Source of the DNA: Phoronis australis
Taxonomy: Eukaryota > Animalia > Phoronida
Length of the DNA: 64,000 nt
Assembly: GCA_002633005.1 (NCBI GenBank)
Contig: NMRA01000061.1
Location: 558,274-622,273, forward strand
Direction of reading: 5' to 3'
Numbering within the stretch: position 1 is the first letter of the stretch; every line of letters begins with the position of its first letter. Of this stretch, positions 1 through 12,314 are shown piece by piece. Below the pieces are notes generated by a model, which saw only the letters and a list, made by a program, of their open reading frames with translations, was not told the DNA's origin and did no database searches. The position numbers and the translations under genes were made by a program.

Positions 1-479
1 ATGACATGGATAATGTAGACAAATCTTAAATAAAGTAGTCCTCCTACGCGTTGGAAACCCTTTCGTGTAGTCGTGTTTCTCCGTCAAAGGTACACGATCG
101 ATATTTTTCACGAACAACTTCATCTGCTAAACGATTTTGTTAAAAACATTTGACTATGAAACTTTACCAACGGCCTCTTTCTCGATGAGTCTGGCTTTCG
201 TTGCGTAATTTTCGCCTTTTGACCTAAGCCAAAGGCTAAACATCTGAGTCGTCAAATGTTGATTTTTTGTCACTTTGGTTTCTCGAAACGTTTTGCGTTC
301 TGTCTATCTAGTCGAGTAGAGTATGGAATTGTAACGAGATTTTCTGACTTTCAGCTTTAGCTTGATTTCATTAAACATGAAGGTAGTGTCTTGCAACTCG
401 CAAGTTTTATGATATCTAGATGATTACCGAGACTTCCTGGAAAGGAATAACATTTCGGTTCTTATGGAGTACTTTCCGA

Positions 480-2395
480 TAGCTGCGTCTGTCACGGACT
501 ACAGAACTTCGAGGTAATAAATGCTCTCAGGGTGCCTGTAGCGGGAATGGAGAATGATATATCACTCAGGAATTACCTAATCCCATTAACGACTTGGAAC
601 TGAACCTGGCTACAACTTGCAGCCGCGGAAAGTCATTCAACACTGTACGTGGGTTGCGTATTCATCAAACGCATTGGTGTAAGCAACGCGGGCCAATAAG
701 ATCAATGTGAACAAAAACCAGGACGCAAACAAAAGGGTTCACGCAATCAAAGCTTCTTCCATCAATTGTCCTCTGGCAGTGCCTTAAAGGACTAAGATCA
801 ACTGGTCAAAAGGCAACTAAAAGACACAGTGGTCTCAGCTGTGCAGAGACCTTTCATCTATACTGTCAACAAGTCCGAGGGACGATACAGATCCGATGTT
901 GCGTCAGTTTTGTACTGTTGCATACGTAGTGTGTCACGACAGTGGTGTGGCCAAGACGAGAACTGCCAGAAGTTTTGGAGCAATGACCGAATAGGTAACA
1001 AGTTCGTTAGGCACTGCTCAGAGTTCAACAGAGGCTTCAGCTGGTGCACGCCACTGATCAGGAAAAACCAGACCTTCAAAATTTATTAGGCCGCATCAGG
1101 AAGAAAATCCTTGTCATCTCCAGAGCGGAACACCAGTGTAAACTGTGGAAAAGGAGAATGAAAGCCGAGTCCTTGTGCAAAACCCCTTTACTCTTTAATA
1201 GAAGCTTTTGCACCAAGCCAAGAATGAAACCCTTAGTGTGCCGAGGAATGAACTGCAAGATAATTTACACACAAAGATAGCCATCTTATGGAACCAGAAC
1301 CAGAGTTTCCATTTGATTTGTCTCCTTTCCGACTAAGAGCCGACTACGAAGTTTGTAAGGAAAGTCAGGCGTGTGTTCCGTAACGATAGAACCTACGCTA
1401 GGACCTAGCTGAAATCTAGCCAAAGTCACGCGTTCTTATTTAAAATACACGGCAATATCTCACGTAGTCTCGCGAAGTCTTGCTTTTTAGCGAGGTTGTA
1501 GCGTTACTGAACGGGAGGCAGGTCTAATAGTGCTCCCGAATTGAACGGGATTTCTTATAAACACTATAAAATGTTCCTACGGTGCTCCAGCACCTGGTTT
1601 CATTACTTCAGGGAGCCTGCACAGGAAGATTGATTCCCCAGAAATGGTGCTTGGCTGACTGCATCTGGATTCCAAAGGAGGAGAACTTGAATGTTGAAGG
1701 AAATATCTTCTTTAGGGTGCTTAGTCACCGTTCAACCAATTTATTGCTCAGCAACAAGTTTATCAACACCTTAATGCAAAAGACTGGTGTGTATGGTTTG
1801 CCAGGTTGCATTGAGCATGCCCAGATGATTTGGAATTCCAGTCAGCAAGTCAAACGGATCAAGGATAGCTCCATGTTGGTTGGATCTCACCAACGCCTAT
1901 GGCTCGGTACCACATGACCTGGTGTGGTATGCTTTGCGCTTCTTCCATTTTCCTAGGAAAGTTAGCGTAATCGTCCTGATGTACATTGGGTCAGTCTTTA
2001 TGCGGTTTACCACCAACCAGTACACAACAGAATAGCAATCATTAGAAGTTGGGATTATGATGAGATGTGTCATTTCTTCAGTGCAATTTGTCGTGGCATC
2101 GATAAAACGTATCGACTAGCACATCAGTACGTCCTTACGTATTTGGTTTTGCAGTGGCCTTCCTCCTTCGGACTTTACAGTAGAACTGGGATCCTGCAGC
2201 TGCCAGCGTCATCTCTCGTGAGGGAATATAACGTCAGCAAAGACAGACTGGATCCGATGATGAGAGATTCAACAAACCCAGTCGCTCGCTCAGCGTTACC
2301 CGAAATTCGCTGTGATCGTAAATGGTCAGCAGCAGAAATGGTCAGAAATGCCAAGTCGAGCCTTGGACTAGTCAAAGATGTAATGGGAGTCGGTC
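480..2395 (+). mobile_element. Degenerate RLE-type non-LTR retrotransposon (HERO/NeSL/R2-like) relic
   Basis: N-terminal zinc-finger remnant CSRGKSFNTVRGLRIHQTHWC (~610-690). RT motifs SAPELNGISYK, WIPKEEN..LNVEGNIFF, QKTGVYGLPGCIEHAQMIW, LDLTNAYGSVPHDLV and LEVGIMM, then LYSRTGILQLPASSLVREY..RKWSA. Multiple frameshifts and stops; ends approximate. Confidence 0.8.
1369..1518 (+). mobile_element. 150-bp MITE with CAG target duplication, inserted into the HERO-like RT
   Basis: Subterminal inverted repeats; CAG at 1366-1368 and 1519-1521. Removing it restores the RT reading VRKVRSNSAP. Same family at 48962-49112, 49157-49307 and ~60270-60383. Confidence 0.8.
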
Positions 2396-3084
2396 CCATA
2401 ATATTCATTACCGTGATAACGTTCTGTTTTAGTTACCACCGCAAGCCACAGGCAACGCGCACATGCACCCGTCATTTTCGAATTCGCAATTTCAGGGTCG
2501 GCCAACCCTAATATATTCCAGAGCGTTTCCTTGAGTGGCTGATGGTTTCTATGTTCTTGTTGGTAATGGAAACAGAATCCTATCACGGTAAGGAACGTTA
2601 TGAGGCCGACGAATGAGAGAAAACGCTCAATTCAATTTTTGTTTTTAGCAAGCTAAGCAAGGCAAGATGTAGCCTTAGTACAAAACTGTATAAATATACG
2701 GCTTTGGAATGATGTAGCTAAAATGGCGATATAAAACCTGACACAAAGTATGCAATTAAAAGTTGTAATCTTTCTTGAGTAAAGCAAATGGATTGCGGTA
2801 ACTAACGAATTTACCGTTGTACCGTTATTCAGTTGCTAAATGCGTGGAACGACAATATGCGTCGCTTTGAATGACGTGAAATAGCGCGCCAACTAATGAC
2901 TGATTCGTCAAACAAATCATTCTTCTACAAGGTTGCGTACAGTTCATGACAAATTACCGGAATTGGTTTCTCCTAGTTATCGTTTTCAGTTTTTTATTAC
3001 CGGCAAATCTAGTTTCTGAGCAAGGTTTGCTTCGGAAGTTGTCATCATCTCTTAAAAGATTTTAGGCGAATGGTGCTTGTACTT

Positions 3085-3695
3085 ACCGTGAGCGTACTCC
3101 GTCGCTGGTTCTCTGCGTGCTTAGCCCAGCCAGCACGCAGGTATCACGCAGTGGCACGCGCTTAGCATTGGTCGATGTAACCTCGGCAGTCATTGATTAG
3201 CTTTACAACACCGTGAAGAAATGGAGGACTGTGAACGATTTTTAGCCATGTCATGCAAGTGGCGTCCAGCAACTATTTCGTTTCTGCAGTGACTTAAATA
3301 GCCGCGTGCTTGAAGCACATACGGCAATAAACACATATCTGGCCGGTTTAACCGGTGTGTTATTCATACCGTATGAATACAGGACACTATCCTAAAGAAA
3401 AGTCATCGACACTAGAAAGATGCATTCCGAAAAGCGCAATCACAATTTCTAGGCTTCACATTTACTGAACATAGAATTTAAGCACCGATTTGTCTGTACA
3501 ACAGACCACATTTACACTTCAGTCCATCAGTCATGCCAGATTGTTTGCGTAAAGCGTTGCCTGTTGAGAATTCGACTAGCCAATCAGAAACGCCGGTGTA
3601 AAAAAATTTCCCGAGGAAAATTAAGTGATACCTGCGTGCTGGCGCGGCTGCCGCCTCACCTAGCGGCACGCAGGGAACCAGCGAGCGTGAGCGTA
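3085..3695. repeat. MITE-like element with imperfect terminal inverted repeats
   Basis: cgctggttctctgcgtgc..gccagcacgcaggtatcac (~3103-3147) is mirrored by gtgatacctgcgtgctggc..gcacgcagggaaccagcg (~3625-3683). Confidence 0.5.
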
Positions 3696-3787
3696 CTGTT
3701 TTCAAGTCTACGACAGTCGCAAGAAAATGGCGTTGATTAGGTTGTTTTTGTTTAAACGGCTGTAACGGACAAGGTATCATTTGACTT

Positions 3788-3926
3788 CATGCGCGCACCC
3801 AGGGGGGCTGCTCGAACGAGCNAGTGGTGCTCCTGTTTTTATTCCACCGCTCTTTTGTTAGCAAAAGGTCCATAACGTCAGGAATTCGAGCCCCCCCCCC
3901 CATTTTGAAGGCTGGGTGCGCGCATG
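3788..3926. mobile_element. Short GC-rich MITE (CATGCGCGCACCCAG TIRs), 5-bp TSD GACTT
   Basis: TIRs catgcgcgcacccag / ctgggtgcgcgcatg flanked by gactt on both sides; a single N lies at 3822. Related copies at ~11768-11880 and ~45329-45582. Confidence 0.75.
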
Positions 3927-4599
3927 GACTTCCAGATTTTGCATACATGCCGTCGTTAGCTATTAATGTTGATCTCATGAGGAGGTGAGTACTCGGACTG
4001 GCAATAAAATATTTAAAAACACTGTAACAACAAAGTGAGACCAGTTCAGGCAATTGGTTTTGAACTGTGCGCAACCTTGTGGAAAAAGAACAGCCATCGC
4101 AAAAAAGGAACTGGCCAATAGGTGACGTTCTATTTTATGGCTCTCAAAGCCGATGCATATTATCTCTCCGCAAATTTAGTAACGGAAAAAACGGTGCAGG
4201 GCTAATTTCGTTAACACTTGTAACCTATTTGCTTTACTGGGTCAAGGAATGGTATAGTTTTTAACTGTTAGTTTGTGTCCGGTTTTATTTTGCCGTTTCA
4301 CCCAAATTGTTCCAAAGCTTTATAGTTATTCAGTTTTGCCCAAGGCTAATCAATCGCTAGTTGAATTGTGACCCTAGTCTTTATACGATGGTTGGCTGGC
4401 AAGGCAAAATGCGGCTTTAGGCTTTGATTTACGCGCCCTAAAGTGAAAATTGAACAGAAGTTATGGTAGTAACTTGAACAGGATTTTAAGATTGTCAGAT
4501 TTTGCACATGAATTCCATGTTAATACTGAGACATTTTAGCTACGGTACAAGCGTTTATTCATAAACGCTAACTAAACAGAAGTTGAAATTTCAACTTAC

Positions 4600-4715
4600 T
4601 CCACAGAAATCTGTACATGTTGAGGTTGTCAAGTTGCGAGACGTCTCAAAGGGGTCGCTACAACTGGACCTATTGAGACTGAAGCAAGAGTAGCATTCCA
4701 GAGCCATCGACGCGC
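4600..4715 (-). CDS. Ly6-1 exon 2 (LU/three-finger domain N-terminal half): GASMALECYSCFSLNRSSCSDPFETSRNLTTSTCTDFCG
   Basis: tttacag acceptor, gtaagt donor, 116 nt, phase 1 to 0. LECYxC..C.DPF..C..C pattern homologous to exon 2 of Ly6-2/3/4, with similar flanking intron sequence. Confidence 0.85.
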
Positions 4716-6733
4716 CTGTAAAATAACGGAAAACCTGTTGTTGTATGAAATTTTGTGTAAAGACTGTCTCACAAGTAGGTTGGGATAGTACGACTGGAGC
4801 CCAGTCTTCCTTACCAGAAATGTCATGCAGTATAGGTAATGTCTTTTGTGGCTTAAATACAACGAGTCTTGAATGTAAACCGCATCATTCGGCGCCCTCT
4901 CCTCGTTGCCACGCTTTTCGAGTGCCCACTCCTCTCATCAACACAATTTGTTCTCCACCCCGCCGACACGATACATTGTTCACCCAGCCAATGCGAGTGC
5001 AGCCCATTCCCGGTCGACACAATTTCAATACCACCACAGATATATCAGAAAGTACTTCGTCTCCACCATTTTCGCCCACCGCGTAGTATCAAGTTTTACA
5101 AGGTGGGGCCCTTTGGTTTGTGTGACCCTAACTAGCTTATTCAGCTCGATACAATAATACAGAGATTAGTTATAGATATCCCATTGAAACACCTACTGTG
5201 AGAGCAGAAACAAATACATTAAAATGCCCCACGACTTGAAAGATTTGCAAGTACTTACGAATTTCAATAGTCGAAATAATTTTTTGCCATCAAATGGAAA
5301 CGTTTATGATACAATTTTTATGTCTGAGGGTACCTTGATTGAAATTAACGAAGGGTAAAGTTGCTTTTTAAGACGTTTTGGGCCAGTTTGGATATTAACT
5401 GTAAAAGTTATTTTGAGCCTTCAAATCGATTTCTATAGAAACGAATTTAATGACAGTAACAATTACTAAAACCGGACGCGAAACGCTGGAGCGACTTCTG
5501 CAAATGCCAGTTGTTCTGAGTGAACTTAGTTCAATCATTTGTTTTTCTTTTCGTTCCGTTAACTAAATGATAAATAATAAGAATAAATAATAAATAATAC
5601 AACAGCAATTCCAAAAACAAGTTCTTAAAGTCAATTATGTGGACATGACAAACGTTTAAAAGTGGCTATAAATCTGCCTTCGATCACAAAAAACAACTTC
5701 TGATTTAGACCACCTACAATGGTCCCAAATTGTTCCTTAATCAAATTTCACGTGACTTAAAGGCTTCAAAAGAGGAGGCAATCCGACATTGCTTGAAACG
5801 GAGCTCTAAAGGTGGGTTTGTCACGGCGTATAATTTTATTTGCCGGAACATTGTCCTAACGAATAACGAACCTCTCAGCTCTTTGCAAGCTTACTTCTCA
5901 TCCTGCCTAAGGAACAAGTTGAGACTAAGTTAAATCAAAAGTTCGCTTCTTGTACGGGACGCAGGCTTATAGTCGCGTTATAACGAAAAATGATATTGTC
6001 AAAGTTTGCCGCAACGAGGGCAACGGTAGTCTGCTTTGTCTTTCTACGTTCCAAGCATGGAACACGAAAAACAGTGTAGCTTACCAGCTCCGCTATTGAA
6101 GCAAATATTGACAAAATAGAGGTTTTCGCAAGCATTTTAACTGACTCTGACTTTGTTGGTGAGTACAATTTTTTTTCAAGACCATATAATTTGTAAAAAC
6201 CTTGGGGTGCTGTGTCTGTGTTGCATTCGGTGCATGGATCAGTCTTACACTTGACATTCTACCATTTTGTTCCCTCGAGCCGTTCGAAAAATATAAATCC
6301 AAGAGTAAACTCCCTTCCCCATAAAAAATTGGTCTCAAAATTGTCTTTACCATAACTTGATTTTGTTTTCTGCTTCGAGGAACACGTAGAATGTTAACAA
6401 ATAAAAACCTCTGTGTGTAGGTTCAAATTATCACAGGGGTCTAAATTGTTACACGGCAGGATTGTGACGATTAGGGTAAGCATTCGTGGTCCAAACTGAT
6501 GCAATTTGCCCAAACTGTAAGGGCAATTTTTGTGTCTGACAGTTTGAGCAAGTGTTGAGGAACGAGCGAGGGAAAACTGAAAACATTTTAACGATGTCCT
6601 GATCTTGATCAATATATGAAAATCTAAACCCGACTCGTTCTAATGTCAATATCTAAATCTGTTCACGTAGCTTATGGAAATAGGTTATTTGGTCAAAAAG
6701 TAAAACTAATTAACTAATTAAAAATTAACTTAC

Positions 6734-6776
6734 CTATAAACACCAAAATAATAAAGCAGACAGCAGAAACATACAT
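6734..6776 (-). CDS. Ly6-1 exon 1 (signal peptide MYVSAVCFIILVFIG)
   Basis: ATG, 43-nt hydrophobic exon ending G|gtaagt; same length and phase as exon 1 of the other three paralogs. Confidence 0.8.
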
Positions 6777-6845
6777 GGCGTTGAGGTCTCTGTTGGCACC
6801 CTCATCGCCGAAGTAACAGATGACGCCCATTCGACTGTTGGTCGA

Positions 6846-6898
6846 TTATAAATGTGTCACGTGACGGTTGTCATGAAGATATAGTAATAGGGCGACAC
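6846..6898 (-). promoter_or_regulatory. Conserved proximal promoter block of Ly6-1 (GTCACGTGAC E-box plus X-box-like motif)
   Basis: GTCACGTGAC at 6856-6865, ~80 bp upstream of the ATG; the same block is present upstream of all four paralogs. TATA-like TTTATAA on the minus strand just downstream. Confidence 0.55.
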
Positions 6899-9559
6899 AG
6901 TGTACTTTTAAAATACACCTAGCTTCGAGTTACCTTGTGTGTCTAAGTGAGACTAGCTGGAGACAATCGCAGCATGAAACATGTAATTAAATAAATGACA
7001 GGATTCTGACTATCATATACTTGACCTACATCGGGTGCATTAGAGAAGGTTGAAAATCAATTTCAAGAAACAGTGGTACTTGTCGACTTAATTGTTTGGT
7101 GCCCGGGGATATGGATACCAAAACGCGCCTCTTGGTAGGTCTTCCGTGGCAAAAGATTTTTTTGTCTGCCAACAAGCCTACAAGAAATTCACCATACACA
7201 AAATTGTCCTATTTCATGTAAAACATCTTCTGAATCAGAATCATGCAGTTTTAGATTAATCATGCGCCATTAAATTGAATTAGCAAAGTGTAACAATTAA
7301 CACGTTGGCTGGGCGTCGTGTTAAATCTCTAGGCCTCTAAAACTGAACTCCCCGTAAACTAATGACACGTTCGTATTCACTTAGTAAATATATGCACGTA
7401 TCTATGGAATCATAAAAAATTATAAAATGACATTGAAATTTTTTCTATTCACCGTTAGAAAAACAATGACACAGAGTAAGTAAAAAACACAAAAATCGTG
7501 CAGTAATAATTGCAAAGATGAACTGGAACGTCATTGCCATGGAAATAACTCTGCGCGTGATGTTCTGCTACGTGTGTGCAATATTGCAAATATATTGAGC
7601 TATAGTATATTTAGTATATTGTGTACGGACTCTAAAACGTCTAGCTTCATAACTGTAAAAGCCGATGAAACAGGTTGCAATTGTACCAATCGACACCTTT
7701 AATACGCAGCAAAGACATAGTCATTGAGGAAAGTGGCTAGAGTTGAATGTGATAAATTGATTACTCAAAAGATTAAAAGCTGAATGTAAATATAAACAAG
7801 GAAAATGACACCTAATCTCGGTAAGTGCACCAAATAAGCTTTTTGAGCTAGTATTTATGATTTTTAAACAACAATTTTTTTCGATGCCATTTGAGTACAA
7901 GAATCTTGGTTGTCAACAACTGATAATTAATCATAAGTGTGATATATGTCATACTCTTTACAGGTTAATCGCCCGACTGCACTACTCGTGGTGGACTAGT
8001 AACACACCAGAAAACACGTCAGTGTGTTATAAAGAAGACATTTCATAAAATTTTAAAACGTGTGAAAGACATGGGTATTGCAAACATTTAAAAACTCCTG
8101 CAACTCCAATTAATTTTAGATGAGTTCGCGGATGTCATTATTAGGTCGAGCACAGATAACAAACAACTTATTGTTGCCGACGATCTCAACATTGGCCTAT
8201 CGAAAATTAATTACAACTGCAAATCTTAAGATTTCTTCACCTGCAATCAAAAATCTTTTAATATCTTTCAAACTTAACGACATGTCACCATATGCAATTG
8301 ATCACATTTATATATAACACCAAAACGTCTCACAGTGGCGTGTTTTTCCAGTCTGTCTGATCACCTGCCTACGTTCTCTCACCAAATGTCAAATGAAAAT
8401 TACAAAACACAAGTTCGAAAAAAGATAGAACACGTTTGGTTCATCATGTCACTGAAATGGTGTTTTTTTTTTGTGGTTCTGTTATTTATTTCACCTCTTC
8501 TGTACCGGGATTGCATTTACTGTTCTCCACCACGTATCAAGGTCACTAAAACTGACATTTTTGAAAGCATTAAATCTATATGCATGTCAGATGAACACGC
8601 ATTGACACATTTACCTGGTGTCTCAAGTGCCAAGGCGCCATAAATATTTATCGCATGTGGCTTGCTGAGGAAATTAAAAAAACGGTTGACATTTGCACGA
8701 AGATGCGGAAGCGTGACGGAGATTCGTGTGAGTTGAAATAGATCGCGTGTTCAATGCTTCAAACTTTGAAAGTTGATTGTCGTTGTTCCAAGAGAAAGAG
8801 ATTAAATTTCAACTACCTTCATTCAAGTTACTGAGAATGCCCCACTTGAAAATAGTTCACGAAAACAGATAGACACCACTTGAGCAAATGATGTCATGTT
8901 TAAATGACTATTTACCGTATTCAAGGTCCACACGTTTCCAGAACATATTCAATGAAAACTTCACATCTAAAACGTAAACCATCCAGAACGAGCAAACACT
9001 AGAATGAGAGTCACAAAATGAAAAGGGACAGGAAACTAAAAATCAGCTCAGGGCCAGTGTTGTACCGTATTGCCGCAGCGCCTTTTTCGCGACCGTTTTT
9101 TATGAAAGTGGTTCACATATTGGCGCATGCACCTAGTGTCCCAGCATAAGCCTATACATAGCTTTCCATACAGGCGCATCCATTTTTTTTTTAATTTGAC
9201 TTGCTTTTCATGAACAACATTTTACCGTCTTATAATGACTTTAGGCCCATGGAACTGTATTCGAATGATGCCATTTCGTAGGTTTTTTACCCAAGTGGTT
9301 CGCATATTGGCGCACTTCCGCGCAGACGCCCATGGGCCTAATCGGGCGCGGAAGTGCGGTAACTTGGTGGAAGAAGGTCCACTATTGCCATAAAAGAGAG
9401 GAATGTTTTAGAATCGAGGTTGTGTAGGCTTTATTTAATGTGCAGGGGGTGTATAGTAGCTGCATAACATACGTGAGTTATCAAAATTATCGTTATCGTG
9501 AGTGGTAGCGGCATATCGCTGTGGTCGTGGGTCTTGTGCTCTTCAATCCGTTAGCGGAG

Positions 9560-10390
9560 TCGGCGGATATTCATACCCACACTAAATCCATTGCTGATAT
9601 CCAAATAAGAAATTTTTGCCATTCAGTCTTGAAAACGCAGACGACATGATTGGGCTGGCGCAAATGTGTTAACCAGGCGTTGTATGTGTAGTTTGTGACA
9701 GGCAACAACGTGGACTGGCCTGTGAAAGGAATGGAGGTATATGTCAACATGTTATTCGCAAGAGTGTACAAATTAGATGAAAATGTTGTCAACAATCAAG
9801 GAAATTTTGCGGATAAGTAGGATTTTGGTAAAGGTCTATTCCTTGTCAAACAAACGGTCATCGGAGCGAATACACCACGCCAGTCTGTGCAGTAGACATG
9901 TCACTAGATTGCGTTTACAGCGAATGTGTTTCGATATTATGTCACTCATTGTACAGATCTGAAAAATTCGAACTACTAGAATTGTCCTCCAATCGTGAGA
10001 CCAACGCATCAAGAAAAGGAATGCTGGAATTAATTTCGAATTCAACGATAAATTTGACGTTGGATGAATTACCTGGAATAAGGGGGTATAATTCGTTGTT
10101 TGCTGTTGAAATCTCAACTCCCTTTCGGGACCTAATTGCGGCGGCTTCCGGGGGCATAGCTCCAAACAGTGTTTTAGTGATAAAAATAGAGATAAGTGAG
10201 CGTTCAAAGCTTACCGTGTCACCTTGAGCACTGAACGGTGCGTTGGCGCTACGTTCAAATGCCAAAAGGTGGTTGGATGCGCTTACGTGCGCCTACGCCC
10301 TACTGCAGCACTGGCTCCAAAGGGGATGAGTCATTCGACCCCCTCCCCCTATCTTATCTTAGTTGAGCTCAGACAGGACGACAGCAATAT
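9560..10390 (-). mobile_element. Degenerate Penelope-like retroelement RT fragment
   Basis: Minus-strand KFIVEFEINSSIPFLDALVSR, DIYLHSF and LHR..SDDRLFDKEL resemble Penelope RT C-terminal motifs (FTxExExxxxLPFLD, YLHxxSxHP). Disrupted; paralogous copy at ~25490-26280. Confidence 0.6.
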
Positions 10391-10923
10391 GTTGCCACGT
10401 ATATCCATACTGTATACACAAGTGTGATGTGTGTGTGTATATGTGTGTGTGTGTCATTTGTCCAATTTTCCAAACCTGGTGACCTTGCTGGGTCCAATGC
10501 AAACTTAGCCAAATGTCGTTTTATGGCATGTACGGAGCACAAACCATGCTAGCAATAGATTAAAAATTGTCTTAATTTTTTATCTAAGAAATTTCGTAAC
10601 ACTGCCATGCTGGCTAGAAACTACCGTACTCCGTCTGTCAAGTATCGATATGTCCACAAACAGAGGCCTGAACCAAAAGTGATTATTTTGGCCTCACTCC
10701 CAATAAAACTCGAGACACATAATTGTTCAGAGCGGTGTTTTTTCAGGTTTAAAAATGACACATGTAGACAATGTCGACTGGTGGATGCAAACTGAAACGT
10801 TGCCTTAAAAACCTTTGTACTAAATCACAATAAAGTAGAAAAAAGCGTCAAACACAGTGTTATAAAAGCAGTAACATTTGTCGAAGTAGCCATATATTAT
10901 TGTATAACAGGATGTCGGCCAAG

Positions 10924-11130
10924 TTAATGCAAAAGGAAGGCGCAGATGATGACCGTAGCAGCCGCCATTACAACTATGGAAACAGACACGTGACCAGCTC
11001 CGTTGCATTTGTCAGTCTGGCAACACCTCACTTCCGCCTTTATGCCCGCTGCTTCTTCGGTGGCTTCCACGCAGATGGGACTGCATGTACGGGCGACGAG
11101 AGACTTCCCACCGGTGGTCGTTTTTGTTTT
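10924..11130 (-). CDS. Ly6-2 exon 3: KTKTTTGGKSLVARTCSPICVEATEEAAGIKAEVRCCQTDKCNGAGHVSVSIVVMAAATVIICAFLLH*
   Basis: tatttttcag acceptor at 11131, phase 0. CCxxDxCN LU signature, small-residue omega site (N-G-A) and hydrophobic tail typical of a GPI signal. Spliced protein is 120 aa with 10 LU cysteines. Confidence 0.93.
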   Translation of the reverse strand, partial: KTKTTTGGKSLVARTCSPICVEATEEAAGIKAEVRCCQTDKCNGAGHVSVSIVVMAAATVIICAFLLH

Positions 11131-11670
11131 CTGAAAAATAAGTCCGAGTGCAAATGCTTCCTTACAATTAGTGTTTGTTTCGTGCAACTGCTCACTGGTT
11201 GCATTCTGTTTTCATCCAAGTCACACTTGATATAATGTAAAGAGCTTTAGCAATTTGAAGTATCAGAAAACACTGATTTAAGTCGATGATCCTTAGATAA
11301 AGCACTCAAATTCCTCATGAAAACTACCCCGTGTACTCATGTAGTCACAAGTGAATGATACGCGGACAAAGACAAAAGACAAACGCAATAGTTCCTTTAT
11401 GAACTGTGTATTAACTTTAGTTTACATGGAGTTGATTTCGTATTTAATGTTAGCCGAGTTTTTGTATAATGGGCAGCACAGCTTTGCGTCGCTTTGTGAT
11501 TTCTGAAACCAAATATTGACTCAAATACTGGCTTTTAATAAAAAATATCTGCACATTTGATTAGTACACAAAATGCGTGACACTGATTTCTTTTGTTTCG
11601 AGGGAAATTTTTTACTCAACTTCAACCAGTTTCATTGTTGCAGCGACGCGATTCCTTGTGATCGCGAATC

Positions 11671-11946
11671 CAGTGACGGATTTAGGGGGGGGCAAGGGGA
11701 CCATGCCCCCCCCTAAAATTCTACCAGATACCATTTGGCAGTTCGGGTGCGAATTGCTGACTAGCACATGCGCGCAACCAGCGGGGCTCGGGGGGTGAAT
11801 AAACAATGCATAGGCCCTCCGTTTACCGTTTTGGTTTTTTTTAGTCAAAAGGCCCGCATTTTAGGCTGGGCGCGCGCATCTGCCGAAATTCTGGTTATTC
11901 CTATGCTCTGCCCCCCCCCTAACTCAAAATCCTGGATCCGCCCCTG
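11671..11946. mobile_element. GC-rich MITE (CAG..CTG ends, 5-bp TSD GAATC) with a nested second MITE, in Ly6-2 intron 2
   Basis: cagtgacggat / atccgcccctg termini with gaatc on both sides; Ly6-4 has the empty site (cacgaatcag, ~50733). Nested catgcgcgc..gcgcgcat element at ~11768-11880. Copy at 27585-27872. Confidence 0.8.
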
Positions 11947-12201
11947 GAATCTGGAGTCTGACAACAATCGTGCACGCTGGGCCTTGCACCATTAACTGGT
12001 AAATATGCCTCACCTGGCAAGCCACGACGTTTAAAGCCTTGGTATGGTGCATTTGTTGGACTTTTCAAAAAAGTACTGGACTTTGCTCGAAATTAATGCA
12101 AGTGGTACCCTTTTTGTATTTTAAGTAGTGCGGCGCAGGTTTCAACACGAGACGGTGAACAAACCAGAACCAATTATACTTTTTTCCTTGCTGCAACTTA
12201 C

Positions 12202-12314
12202 CATGCAGTATCCATTGCAGTCTGTGAGGGTGCTCACGCCCGTGGAATTAAAAGGGTCGCCACATGCTGAAAAGGTGGTAGCGCAATTATAGCATTCCAG
12301 TGCCCTCGAGGTGC
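12202..12314 (-). CDS. Ly6-2 exon 2: GTSRALECYNCATTFSACGDPFNSTGVSTLTDCNGYCM
   Basis: ttttgcag acceptor, gtaagt donor, 113 nt, phase 1 to 0; joins exons 1 and 3 in frame. Confidence 0.93.

Noticed and set aside
11131-11187. N-terminal extensions of the ORF-track Ly6 ORFs (MHETNTNCKEAF.., also 27044-27100 and 50210-50392)
   Set aside because: Intronic sequence upstream of a strong acceptor; the real N-termini come from exons 1 and 2.
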